The notes: a model not told the origin generated them from the sequence alone. A stretch of 9,199 bases of DNA from Candidatus Iainarchaeum sp. (GCA_028713935.1 JAQTNI010000046.1:1-9199); one strand, 5' to 3'. Shown: positions 1 to 6,301, counted from the stretch's first letter. Numbers and translations: made by a program.

Positions 1-120
1 GAAGCCGAGGACGGTTTTCCCGATGACGCGCGCAAGCTCACCGCCAAGGGCGGGAAGCAGGCGGCGAAAATGGCGGCCTGGCTGAAGGCGCGGCTACCGT
101 CCCACGCGCTGATTCTGGTC
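1..120 (+). CDS. Partial internal fragment of a histidine-phosphatase-family protein (SixA-like phosphohistidine phosphatase), in a GC-rich segment unlike the rest of the window
   Basis: Frame +1 reads EAEDGFPDDARKLTAKGGKQAAKMAAWLKARLPSHALILVS. This fits the SixA pattern D..R.LT..G..Q...MA.WL.....ILVSP. My hand count gives 81/120 GC, against 22/60 in the next 60 nt. The fragment has no start or stop codon. Confidence 0.4.
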
Positions 121-785
121 TCAAAACAATCCTTTATTATATGCGGGATTACAACCCTTGAATCAGTGTCCTCAACCCATTCAACGGGAATTTCCTTTAT
201 TTTATAGCCCGCCATTATTGCAAGAAGCAATAATTCCGTGTCAAAAAACCATTCCTTGTTTTTTGCATAAGGCAGCAAATTCTGCGCAGCACTTCTCTTT
301 ATCGCCTTGAAGCCGCACTGCGTGTCAGTAAGGCCAGTGAAAAAAAGAACCTTGAGAAGAAGCAGGAAAGCCCTTGAAATAAACCATCTTCCAAGGCTCC
401 TGTGAGTATCGGAGCCTTTCGCGTATCTCGAACCGATTGCAATGTCATTGCCCTGCTTTACCGCATTAACCAATGCGGGAAAATGCTTCAGCCTTGTTGA
501 AAGGTCAATGTCCATATAAGCGAGAATATCCGCCTTGCTCTGCATCCAGGCAGTTTTCAAAGCATAACCCCTGCCTTTCTGCTTTAACAGCAATGCATTC
601 ACTTCTTTGTGTTTTTTTGAAAGCGCTTTTGCAAGTTCAGGCGTTGAATCTTTCGAACCGTTATCCACAATAGTAATTGCAAATTCATCCCTGATATTTT
701 TTTTCAAAAAGCCAAGCAGGGTTTCAACTGAGGATTTTAACTGCTCTTCCTCATTGTAAACAGGGAGAAAAACCTCAATAAGCAT
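121..785 (-). CDS. Family 2 glycosyltransferase (dolichyl-phosphate sugar transferase-like), with its 3' end cut by the composition junction at about 120/121
   Basis: Hand translation from the ATG at 785..783 gives MLIEVFLPVYNEEEQLKSSVETLLGFLKKN...ITIVDNGSKDSTPELA...KGRGYALKTAWMQSKADILAYMDIDLS...IAIGSRY...TDTQCGFKAIKR...WFFDTELLLLA...IKEIPVEWVEDTDSRV. The GT2 hallmarks are present (VDNGS.D, DxD as DID, QCGFK, FDTEL). The ORF stays open to the left edge, so it has no stop and is absent from the ORF track. Confidence 0.85.
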
Positions 786-808
786 ACCCCAAAATTAGTG
801 AAAAGGCA

Positions 809-816
809 TTTAAAAA
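809..816 (-). promoter_or_regulatory. Candidate archaeal TATA-like box for the GT2 gene, implying a leaderless or near-leaderless transcript
   Basis: The minus strand reads TTTTTAAA, centred about 27 nt upstream of the ATG at 785. It sits in the 60-nt spacer after the upstream gene's stop. Confidence 0.3.
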
Positions 817-845
817 GGAATATTTTCGGGATTTGCGCTAGAAAA

Positions 846-1814
846 TTAAGTGTTTTTTATTTTGCGCAAAAAAAAAGCGCCAAAAAAAGCCTCGATTATT
901 TCAATAAGCAGTATTGTCAATGAAAAAGAAATTGCTGTTTCTTTCGCCATTCCCATGAGCCCGAACAATCCAAGCAATGTGAAGTCCCTTGTTCCAATGC
1001 CAAAAACAGTCGGGACTATTTCAGCGAGAGTTGTTATCGGCATCATCGCGGAAACAGTCGCAAGAGAAATTTCAATGTTAAGCGAAAACGCAAGAAAATA
1101 AGCCTGGAAAAAAAACAAAATCCATGAAAAAACAGTCAGGAGCAATGCAAAAAAAACAAGTTTTTTGTTGTTTTTATAAGCCTGGATTCCCTCAAAAAAA
1201 TCGTGAAAGCCAGACCTGGCTTTTTCCTTGAACCTTCGCGGCACAAGCCTGAAAAGCGGCCTTCCAATCCGCAGCGCTGTTTCCTTTCGCGTGAGCAAAA
1301 GGAATAAAATTATAAAAAATGCCAGCACAATGCAGAGAACAAAAACTATGCTTTGCGGCAGCCCGAAAAGAAGCGAAAAATAAATAAAGCCGATTATTCC
1401 CGCAATAAGGAGAAAGCCGACATCCAGAACCCTTTCAATCAGGATGCAGCTAACGCCATTGCCTGTTTTTATGCCAAAATTTTTTTTGAAATAAACAGCG
1501 CGAAAAAAATCCCCGCTTCTTCCAGGGCTGATTGCCCCCAAAAGATATCCCGCAAGCCATATTTCAGATGACTCTTTGAGAGAAATTTTTTTTCCAAAAT
1601 TCCCCAACAGCAGCGACTGCTTCCAGCCCTTCAAAAGAATTCCGGGAATTATAAGCAGAAGCGCAAATAAAAAAACAAAAGGATTCGCACTGGAGATTAT
1701 TGAAGCAATCCCCGCAATGCCCTGAAAGCCGAGAGACCACAGGAGAAGCCCGAACAAAACCAGGCCAATCAAAAAAAGGAATTTTGAATAATGCATAAGT
1801 AATTTAAAAAGCAT
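846..1814 (-). CDS. Flippase-like / lysylphosphatidylglycerol-synthase TM-domain (UPF0104) family polytopic membrane protein
   Basis: The 322-aa ORF has about 8 hydrophobic segments. The motifs ISPGRSGDFFRAVYFKK and ILIERVLDVGFLL match the family signatures P-G-x-x-G-[DE]-x-x-R and ER-x-x-D. It lies directly upstream of a GT2 gene on the same strand, which is the usual pairing for this family. Confidence 0.72.
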   Translation of the reverse strand: MLFKLLMHYSKFLFLIGLVLFGLLLWSLGFQGIAGIASIISSANPFVFLFALLLIIPGILLKGWKQSLLLGNFGKKISLKESSEIWLAGYLLGAISPGRSGDFFRAVYFKKNFGIKTGNGVSCILIERVLDVGFLLIAGIIGFIYFSLLFGLPQSIVFVLCIVLAFFIILFLLLTRKETALRIGRPLFRLVPRRFKEKARSGFHDFFEGIQAYKNNKKLVFFALLLTVFSWILFFFQAYFLAFSLNIEISLATVSAMMPITTLAEIVPTVFGIGTRDFTLLGLFGLMGMAKETAISFSLTILLIEIIEAFFGAFFLRKIKNT

Positions 1815-1829
1815 GAATTTTTAATTAAT

Positions 1830-1869
1830 AGCGAACGACATAAATATGCAAATTTATTGGTCGTTTGCT
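1830..1869. promoter_or_regulatory. Imperfect palindrome in the divergent intergenic region; candidate operator overlapping a TATA-like ATAAATAT (1840..1847)
   Basis: The left arm is AGCGAACGAC-ATAAAT. The reverse complement of the right arm is AGCAAACGACCAATAAAT. That is one mismatch and a 2-nt bulge, with a 5-nt spacer ATGCA. The ATAAATAT box is centred about 29 nt upstream of the minus-strand ATG at 1814. Confidence 0.4.
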
Positions 1870-1872
1870 ATT

Positions 1873-1909
1873 TGTAAAGGATATCTGTTCTGAATTTTTG
1901 TCCTTTACA
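1873..1909. promoter_or_regulatory. Perfect 9-bp inverted repeat (TGTAAAGGA ... TCCTTTACA) with a 19-nt spacer, overlapping a TATA-like TTTACATAA upstream of apt
   Basis: 1873..1881 (tgtaaagga) is the exact reverse complement of 1901..1909 (tcctttaca). The right arm overlaps tttacataa (1904..1912), about 34 nt upstream of the apt ATG at 1942. Confidence 0.4.
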
Positions 1910-1941
1910 TAATTGTTTCACAATTCCTATGCAGTGATTTG

Positions 1942-2478
1942 ATGGCAAAAACAGATTTCAAGAAACATATCAGGACAGTGCCGCATTTCCCTAAAAAAGG
2001 CGTAATGTTCAGGGACATCACTACTCTGCTGAAAGATGCGAATGCCCTGAAAGAAGTGGCGGATGAAATGGCCGGTTACTACTTAAAAAAACCGTATTCA
2101 ATTGACAAGGTTGTAAGCGCAGAATCGCGCGGATTCATTTTCGGCGCAATTCTCGCAAAAGAACTGCATGCGGGATTTGTGCCATTGCGCAAGCCTGGAA
2201 AACTGCCTGCAAAAACAATCCGCGAAGAATTTGACACTGAGTACAGCAAAGACGCCTTTGAAATCCACGAAGATGCAATCCAGAAAGGCGACAAGTGCAT
2301 TATCTGTGATGACCTGCTTGCAACAGGCGGCACAAGCAAGGCAGCAATCAGGCTTGTTGAAAAGCTCGGCGGGGAAGTAAAAAGCCTTTTTTTCCTGATT
2401 GAACTGGAATTTCTCAATGGAAAAGAAAAACTGAAAGGATACGATGTTTTTTCACTGGTAAAATATGACAAAGAATAA
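1942..2478 (+). CDS. apt: Adenine phosphoribosyltransferase
   Basis: The sequence has IRTVPHFPKKGVMFRDITTLLKD, then VVSAESRGFIFGAILAKELHAGFVPLRKPGKLP, then the PRPP-binding loop CIICDDLLATGGT. Together these span the full length of a typical APRT. The track start at 1939 is a TTG; the adjacent ATG at 1942 is preferred. Confidence 0.92.
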   Translation: MAKTDFKKHIRTVPHFPKKGVMFRDITTLLKDANALKEVADEMAGYYLKKPYSIDKVVSAESRGFIFGAILAKELHAGFVPLRKPGKLPAKTIREEFDTEYSKDAFEIHEDAIQKGDKCIICDDLLATGGTSKAAIRLVEKLGGEVKSLFFLIELEFLNGKEKLKGYDVFSLVKYDKE

Positions 2479-3385
2479 TTCTCCAGAAATAGTCATAGTC
2501 GGCTCAATGGCGCTTGACACTGTTGAAACCCCATTCGGAAAAGTGGAAAATGCGCTTGGAGGCAGCGCCTCTTATGCGGGCCTCGCCTCAGGCTTTTTTG
2601 CAAAAACAGGCCTTGTAAGCATAATCGGAAAAGACTTTCCTGAAAAACACCTTGATTTTTTCAAAGAACACGGCATTGGAATTGAAGGCATAGAAAAAAG
2701 CGAAAAAAACACTTTTCACTGGGAAGGAAAATACGGGTTTGACGTGAACTCTGCGCAGACAATCAAAACAGAATTAAATTCCCTGCTTGACTTTAATCCA
2801 AAATTGCCAGAGCACTATAAAAATGCCGATTTTTTGTTTCTTGGAAATTTTGACCCTGAAAAACAATTGCAGGTCCTTTTCCAGATGAAAAAAAGGCCAA
2901 GGCTTGTTGTATCCGATACAATGAACTTTTACATTTCAAGCAAGCCTGAAAAAGTCCTTGAAGTAGTGAAAGCATCTGACATTGCACTGATGAATGATGC
3001 TGAAGCAAGGCAATTGTTCAAAACGCCAAACCTTGTAAAAGCAGCAAAAAAAATTTTGGAACTGGATTCGGAATTTGCAATTATCAAGAAAGGCGAGCAC
3101 GGCTGCCTGTTGTTTTCAAAAAAAAGCTTTTTCTCGGCCCCAGGATATCCTCTTGAAAACGTTGTCGACCCCACTGGATGCGGAGACAGCTTTGCAGGCG
3201 CATTAATCGGATACCTTGCAAAAACAAAAGACTTGGGCGAAAAAAATTTCAGAAAAGCAATTATCACTGCCTCAACAATCGCCTCTTTCAATGCGGAAGA
3301 CTTTTCCCTCAACAGGCTAAGCAGGTTAAAAAAAACAGAAATTTCAAAAAGAATAAGCGAATTCAAAAAAATAACAAAATTCTGA
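2465..3385 (+). CDS. PfkB/ribokinase-family sugar or nucleoside kinase; substrate not determinable from sequence
   Basis: The N-terminus is IVIVGSMALDTVETPFG...LGGSASY. The C-terminal anion-hole/catalytic motif is DPTGCGDSFAGALIGYL, a DxTGAGD variant. The ATG overlaps the apt stop by 14 nt, which suggests translational coupling. Confidence 0.85.
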   Translation: MTKNNSPEIVIVGSMALDTVETPFGKVENALGGSASYAGLASGFFAKTGLVSIIGKDFPEKHLDFFKEHGIGIEGIEKSEKNTFHWEGKYGFDVNSAQTIKTELNSLLDFNPKLPEHYKNADFLFLGNFDPEKQLQVLFQMKKRPRLVVSDTMNFYISSKPEKVLEVVKASDIALMNDAEARQLFKTPNLVKAAKKILELDSEFAIIKKGEHGCLLFSKKSFFSAPGYPLENVVDPTGCGDSFAGALIGYLAKTKDLGEKNFRKAIITASTIASFNAEDFSLNRLSRLKKTEISKRISEFKKITKF

Positions 3386-3418
3386 AAACAGGAAAGATTA
3401 TTGCTTTCAGGTTAGAAT

Positions 3419-4162
3419 ATGGTTCGGGCTTCGAAAAGAAGGTTTGACCCAGGGCGCAGGGCTTTTTTGATAAAAGCGGCAAAAGCTGCCGGCAGCGTTT
3501 CTGTTGGGACAGCACTGTATAACGCGCCAAAATTCTGGCGCTGGATTTTAAGGAAAAGAGACACAAAAATAAATTCTCCTGTTTCAGCGCGAGGCAAAAG
3601 CGTTAAACAAATAATTGAAGAGTGGCCAGAAATTCAGAACAAGGAAATGGTTTGGATAAAAGAAAAGGGAAAACCCGGCAGTTTGCTCCCCAAAGCATAT
3701 GAGCGTGGTGAAAATTATGCTGGTTATTTTTTGAAAGGGAATGAAAGGTCAATTATTCACACTCACCCCATGGGAAGAAGCAATATTCCTTCTCCGGATG
3801 ACATATGCAGTTTCTTGAACAGGCTTGAAACTGACCTCAATAAAACACCAAAAATTGAGCACATTGCTGCGCTTAATCATGAAGGCAAAGTAATGGGTTA
3901 TTTTTCTTTGCGTGCAGGAAAAAAAATGGTTCAGGCAATTGAACAAAAAAATCCTGCATTAAAACCTTTGTTGGAAGAATTGGAAAGATTAAAGGTAAGC
4001 CCAAATTGGGAAAAAGACCCTATTGCGTTCGTGCGCGACCCAAATTATTGGAACATTTTGGAACGTTTTCAAAAAATTGGCTTGCAAATGCGCGCAACCT
4101 CCATGCCAGGTTACAAATTTGAAAATTGGCATTTTCAGGAAAAAGGAAATCCAATGGCATAA
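3419..4162 (+). CDS. Hypothetical protein with an N-terminal twin-arginine (Tat)-type signal and a RadC/JAB (MPN+)-like metalloprotease motif
   Basis: The N-terminus is MVRASKRRFDPGRRAFLIKAAKAAGSVSVGTALYNAP. It contains RRxFLxK, close to the Tat consensus [ST]RRxFLK, followed by a mildly hydrophobic h-region. Mid-protein, IIHTHPMGRSNIPSPDDI matches JAMM HxHx7SxxD with one extra spacer residue. It is followed by IEHIAAL, which resembles the RadC DHiIv element. A partial SD (AGGT) lies 7 nt upstream of the ATG. The coding call is solid; the functional call is tentative. Confidence 0.55.
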   Translation: MVRASKRRFDPGRRAFLIKAAKAAGSVSVGTALYNAPKFWRWILRKRDTKINSPVSARGKSVKQIIEEWPEIQNKEMVWIKEKGKPGSLLPKAYERGENYAGYFLKGNERSIIHTHPMGRSNIPSPDDICSFLNRLETDLNKTPKIEHIAALNHEGKVMGYFSLRAGKKMVQAIEQKNPALKPLLEELERLKVSPNWEKDPIAFVRDPNYWNILERFQKIGLQMRATSMPGYKFENWHFQEKGNPMA

Positions 4163-4239
4163 TTGCATATAATAATTCTTGCTGTACAAATTGTATAAAT
4201 ATTGCAGAATAAAAAATAACAAAAACATAGTTGATTTTC

Positions 4240-4599
4240 ATGGTAAAAAATTTTGATGCTTTCAGCAATGCGCAAAGAGAAGCAATTCTGGAAAGGGATA
4301 ACTTCCAATGTGTTTTTTGTGGTTTAGGCAAGAGAGAGGGGCTTGCGCTTCAAGTTGTTCAGGTTATTCCAAAAGACCTTGGTGGAAGAGCAGAAATATC
4401 TAATGGGCAAACCTTGTGTGCACAACACAACTTCAAAAAGAAAAATTATAAACAAACAGAAACAGGCAAAAAAATGTTTATTCGGCTCTATGAATTAGCA
4501 AAAGAAAAAGGTGACAAAGAAACCCAAGAATTTTGTGCACAAATACTGGAAGTATTCGAAAAAAATAATGTTAATGGGCATATTGTCTGGAAGAAATAG
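4240..4599 (+). CDS. Small HNH-fold (beta-beta-alpha-Me) zinc-finger protein with a substituted catalytic Asp-His; possibly inactive or divergent
   Basis: The sequence REAILERDNFQCVFCG...LQVVQVIPKDLGGRAEISNGQTLCAQHNFKKKN aligns to the HNH template RD..C..CG...LevDHiiP...GG...N...LC..C[HN]..K. The CxxC...CxxH zinc ligands and the Asn are kept, but D-H has become V-Q. The track start at 4231 is a TTG; the first ATG is at 4240. Confidence 0.65.
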   Translation: MVKNFDAFSNAQREAILERDNFQCVFCGLGKREGLALQVVQVIPKDLGGRAEISNGQTLCAQHNFKKKNYKQTETGKKMFIRLYELAKEKGDKETQEFCAQILEVFEKNNVNGHIVWKK

Positions 4600-4616
4600 A
4601 CAAAATTAAGTGAAAC

Positions 4617-4625
4617 TTTAAATTT
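4617..4625 (+). promoter_or_regulatory. Candidate TATA-like box (TTTAAATTT) for the MTA phosphorylase gene
   Basis: The box is centred about 25 nt upstream of the second ATG (4646, MIGIIGGSG) and only about 13 nt from the first ATG (4634). That spacing favours a leaderless transcript starting at 4646. Confidence 0.3.
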
Positions 4626-4633
4626 GAAAGAAG

Positions 4634-5428
4634 ATGGCATTTTTTATGATTGGAATTATAGGCGGTTCTGGCTTGGAAGACCCGCGCATTATTGCGGATT
4701 TTGAGGAAAAAGAAATTGACACCCCATTCGGAAAGCCATCAGACAAAATTGTTCTTGGCAAAATTGAAAAAATTGATGTTGCAATTGTTTCTAGGCACGG
4801 AAAAAAACATTCAATCAATCCCACAAATGTGCCTTACAAGGCAAACATCTGGGCATTGAAGCAGCTTGGCTGCACACACATATTGGCTTCAACTGCCTGC
4901 GGAAGCCTGCGTGAAAAAATAAAGCCGGGCTCAATTGTTTTTCCTGACCAGTTCATTGACTGGACAAAAAAAAGAGGCTATACCTTTTTTGATTCTGAAA
5001 AAGTAATGCATATCCCGATGGCAGACCCTTTCTGCCCTGATTTGAGAAAAATCCTTGCAAAAACAGCAAAAGAATTAAAACTGCGGTTTCATCCAAAAGG
5101 CACAATAATAACAATTGAAGGCCCAAGATTCAGCACCCGCGCAGAAAGCAAAATGTTCAGAATGCTCGGCGCAGACATAATAAACATGAGCACTGTGCCG
5201 GAAGTGATTCTTGCAAGGGAACTTGGAATGTGCTATCAAACAATTGCAATGGCAACTGATTATGACTGTTTCATGGAGAATGAAAAAACAGTGGACATTG
5301 AAACTGTCCTGAAAACAATGGCAAAAAATTCCGAGAATGTGAAAAAAATTTTGATGAAAACAATTCCCGCAATCCCGCCAAAAAGAAACTGTATATGCGA
5401 AGAACACGCAAAAAAAGCCCAGATTTAA
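4634..5428 (+). CDS. mtnP: S-methyl-5'-thioadenosine phosphorylase (MTAP / purine nucleoside phosphorylase family 2)
   Basis: The sequence includes [99 protein letters not shown] and AMATDYDC. These cover the full-length MTAP signature. The likely true start is the ATG at 4646; 4634 is the longest ORF. Confidence 0.92.
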   Translation: MAFFMIGIIGGSGLEDPRIIADFEEKEIDTPFGKPSDKIVLGKIEKIDVAIVSRHGKKHSINPTNVPYKANIWALKQLGCTHILASTACGSLREKIKPGSIVFPDQFIDWTKKRGYTFFDSEKVMHIPMADPFCPDLRKILAKTAKELKLRFHPKGTIITIEGPRFSTRAESKMFRMLGADIINMSTVPEVILARELGMCYQTIAMATDYDCFMENEKTVDIETVLKTMAKNSENVKKILMKTIPAIPPKRNCICEEHAKKAQI

Positions 5429-6301
5429 TCATTGGTCCAAATCAATATTACCTGAAAGAAGCCGTATGCCATTCTCACAAATAGTATAAGGAATAAGGCC
5501 TTTTACCTGCTTTGCGCTTCTAATCTTAAGAATTTCAGCCGCATTCATTCTCTTGTTCCTGATTTTAATATTATAAAAAACAATTACAACATCAGCCAAA
5601 AATTCTTCTATCCCCTGTGAGCTGTAAACAGTCGGGTCCTGAGTTGTTTCTGAAATAACAAGGCTGACACAATTATACTTTTCAAGCAGGTCAAACAATT
5701 CCTTCACATAACGCCTGAATTTCTGCTCGCTTTCAAAAGTAACTGAAAGCGCTGAAAGCGAATCAATTACTATCCTGTCGGGCTTGAATGGCAATTCAAG
5801 CTCTGCAACTTCAATCATTAATTCGCCCGACTGCTTCTCAATCATTGCCTCAACAGTCTTGGCAACCTTTAACGGGTCAAACTTGATTATTGCAAAATTG
5901 CCCTTTTTTTCCAGAGGCGCAACATCCCAGCCATAATTGCTTTTCATGTGCTTCTTTATTCTTTCAGGGTCTTCTTCAAAAGAAACATAAATGCATTTTT
6001 CGCCCGCAAGCGCGCTTTCAAAAAGCGATTGGAAACAAAAAGTTGTTTTTCCAGTTCCCGCTCCCCCCGCAATAAGGACAACACTGCCCCTTTCAAAGCC
6101 ATGGCTTGAAACAAGCTTGTCAAAAGAATCAACCCTTATAGGCAGAACCTCAAATTGTTTTTCCTCTGTTTTTTCATTCGGCTTTATGACATTGTGCCTC
6201 TCGCCTATTTCCGGGCTTTCATGCACAATGCCTTCTTCAGGCTCGCCAGTTTTCTGGGATTTTTTGCCAGTACCCTTAAAAACTTCTTTCAGCAAGCCCA
6301 T
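5429..6301 (-). CDS. Single-domain KaiC/RecA-superfamily ATPase (COG0467-like) with a charged N-terminal extension of about 55 aa
   Basis: The core is FDKLVSSHGFERGSVVLIAGGAGTGKTTFCFQSLFESALAGEKCIYVSFEEDPERI. It has Walker A GGAGTGKT and Walker B-like RIVIDSLSAL. The C-terminus EILKIRSAKQVKGLIPYTICENGIRL is typical of KaiC-like proteins. Its stop codon (5429..5431) abuts the MTAP stop (5426..5428). Confidence 0.85.
   Translation of the reverse strand: MGLLKEVFKGTGKKSQKTGEPEEGIVHESPEIGERHNVIKPNEKTEEKQFEVLPIRVDSFDKLVSSHGFERGSVVLIAGGAGTGKTTFCFQSLFESALAGEKCIYVSFEEDPERIKKHMKSNYGWDVAPLEKKGNFAIIKFDPLKVAKTVEAMIEKQSGELMIEVAELELPFKPDRIVIDSLSALSVTFESEQKFRRYVKELFDLLEKYNCVSLVISETTQDPTVYSSQGIEEFLADVVIVFYNIKIRNKRMNAAEILKIRSAKQVKGLIPYTICENGIRLLSGNIDLDQ

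Noticed and set aside
473-673. A 66-aa plus-strand ORF inside the GT2 region
   Set aside because: It lies entirely antisense to a glycosyltransferase reading frame with clear family motifs. The sequence is low-complexity with no motif, so it is a shadow ORF.
850-1571. Plus-strand ORFs 850..1101 and 1353..1571
   Set aside because: Both are antisense to the flippase-like membrane protein gene. Their Lys/Asn-rich composition is what a Phe/Leu-rich gene produces when read backwards.
1815-1938. A tRNA, small RNA or CRISPR repeat in the longest intergenic regions (1815..1938 and 4163..4230)
   Set aside because: There is no cloverleaf-compatible arms or T-loop GTTCRANNC motif. There are no regularly spaced direct repeats anywhere in the window. 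The inverted repeats fit promoter/operator elements better.
2079-3597. ORFs 2079..2471(-), 2168..2380(+), 2793..3008(-), 2929..3366(-), 3178..3447(+), 3363..3566(-) and 3412..3597(-)
   Set aside because: All are nested in or antisense to apt, pfkB or the JAB-like gene, whose frames carry strong family motifs. None has a recognisable domain of its own.
1939-4239. TTG start codons used by the ORF track at 1939 (apt) and 4231 (HNH)
   Set aside because: In each case an ATG follows within 1-3 codons (1942 and 4240) and gives an N-terminus typical for the family. The TTG codons are probably just the first permitted start after an upstream stop.
3749-4331. Minus-strand ORFs 3749..3946, 3989..4228 and 4020..4331; the last spans the 4163..4230 spacer
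   Set aside because: They overlap two better-supported plus-strand genes and run through an AT-rich promoter-like spacer. They have no motif and odd composition, so they are probably spurious. A small antisense product cannot be strictly excluded.
3386-4633. Direct or inverted repeats flanking the JAB-like/HNH cassette, as target-site duplications or att sites
   Set aside because: Only a 6-nt GAAAGA match is shared between the two boundaries, which is within chance expectation. No integrase or transposase is present.
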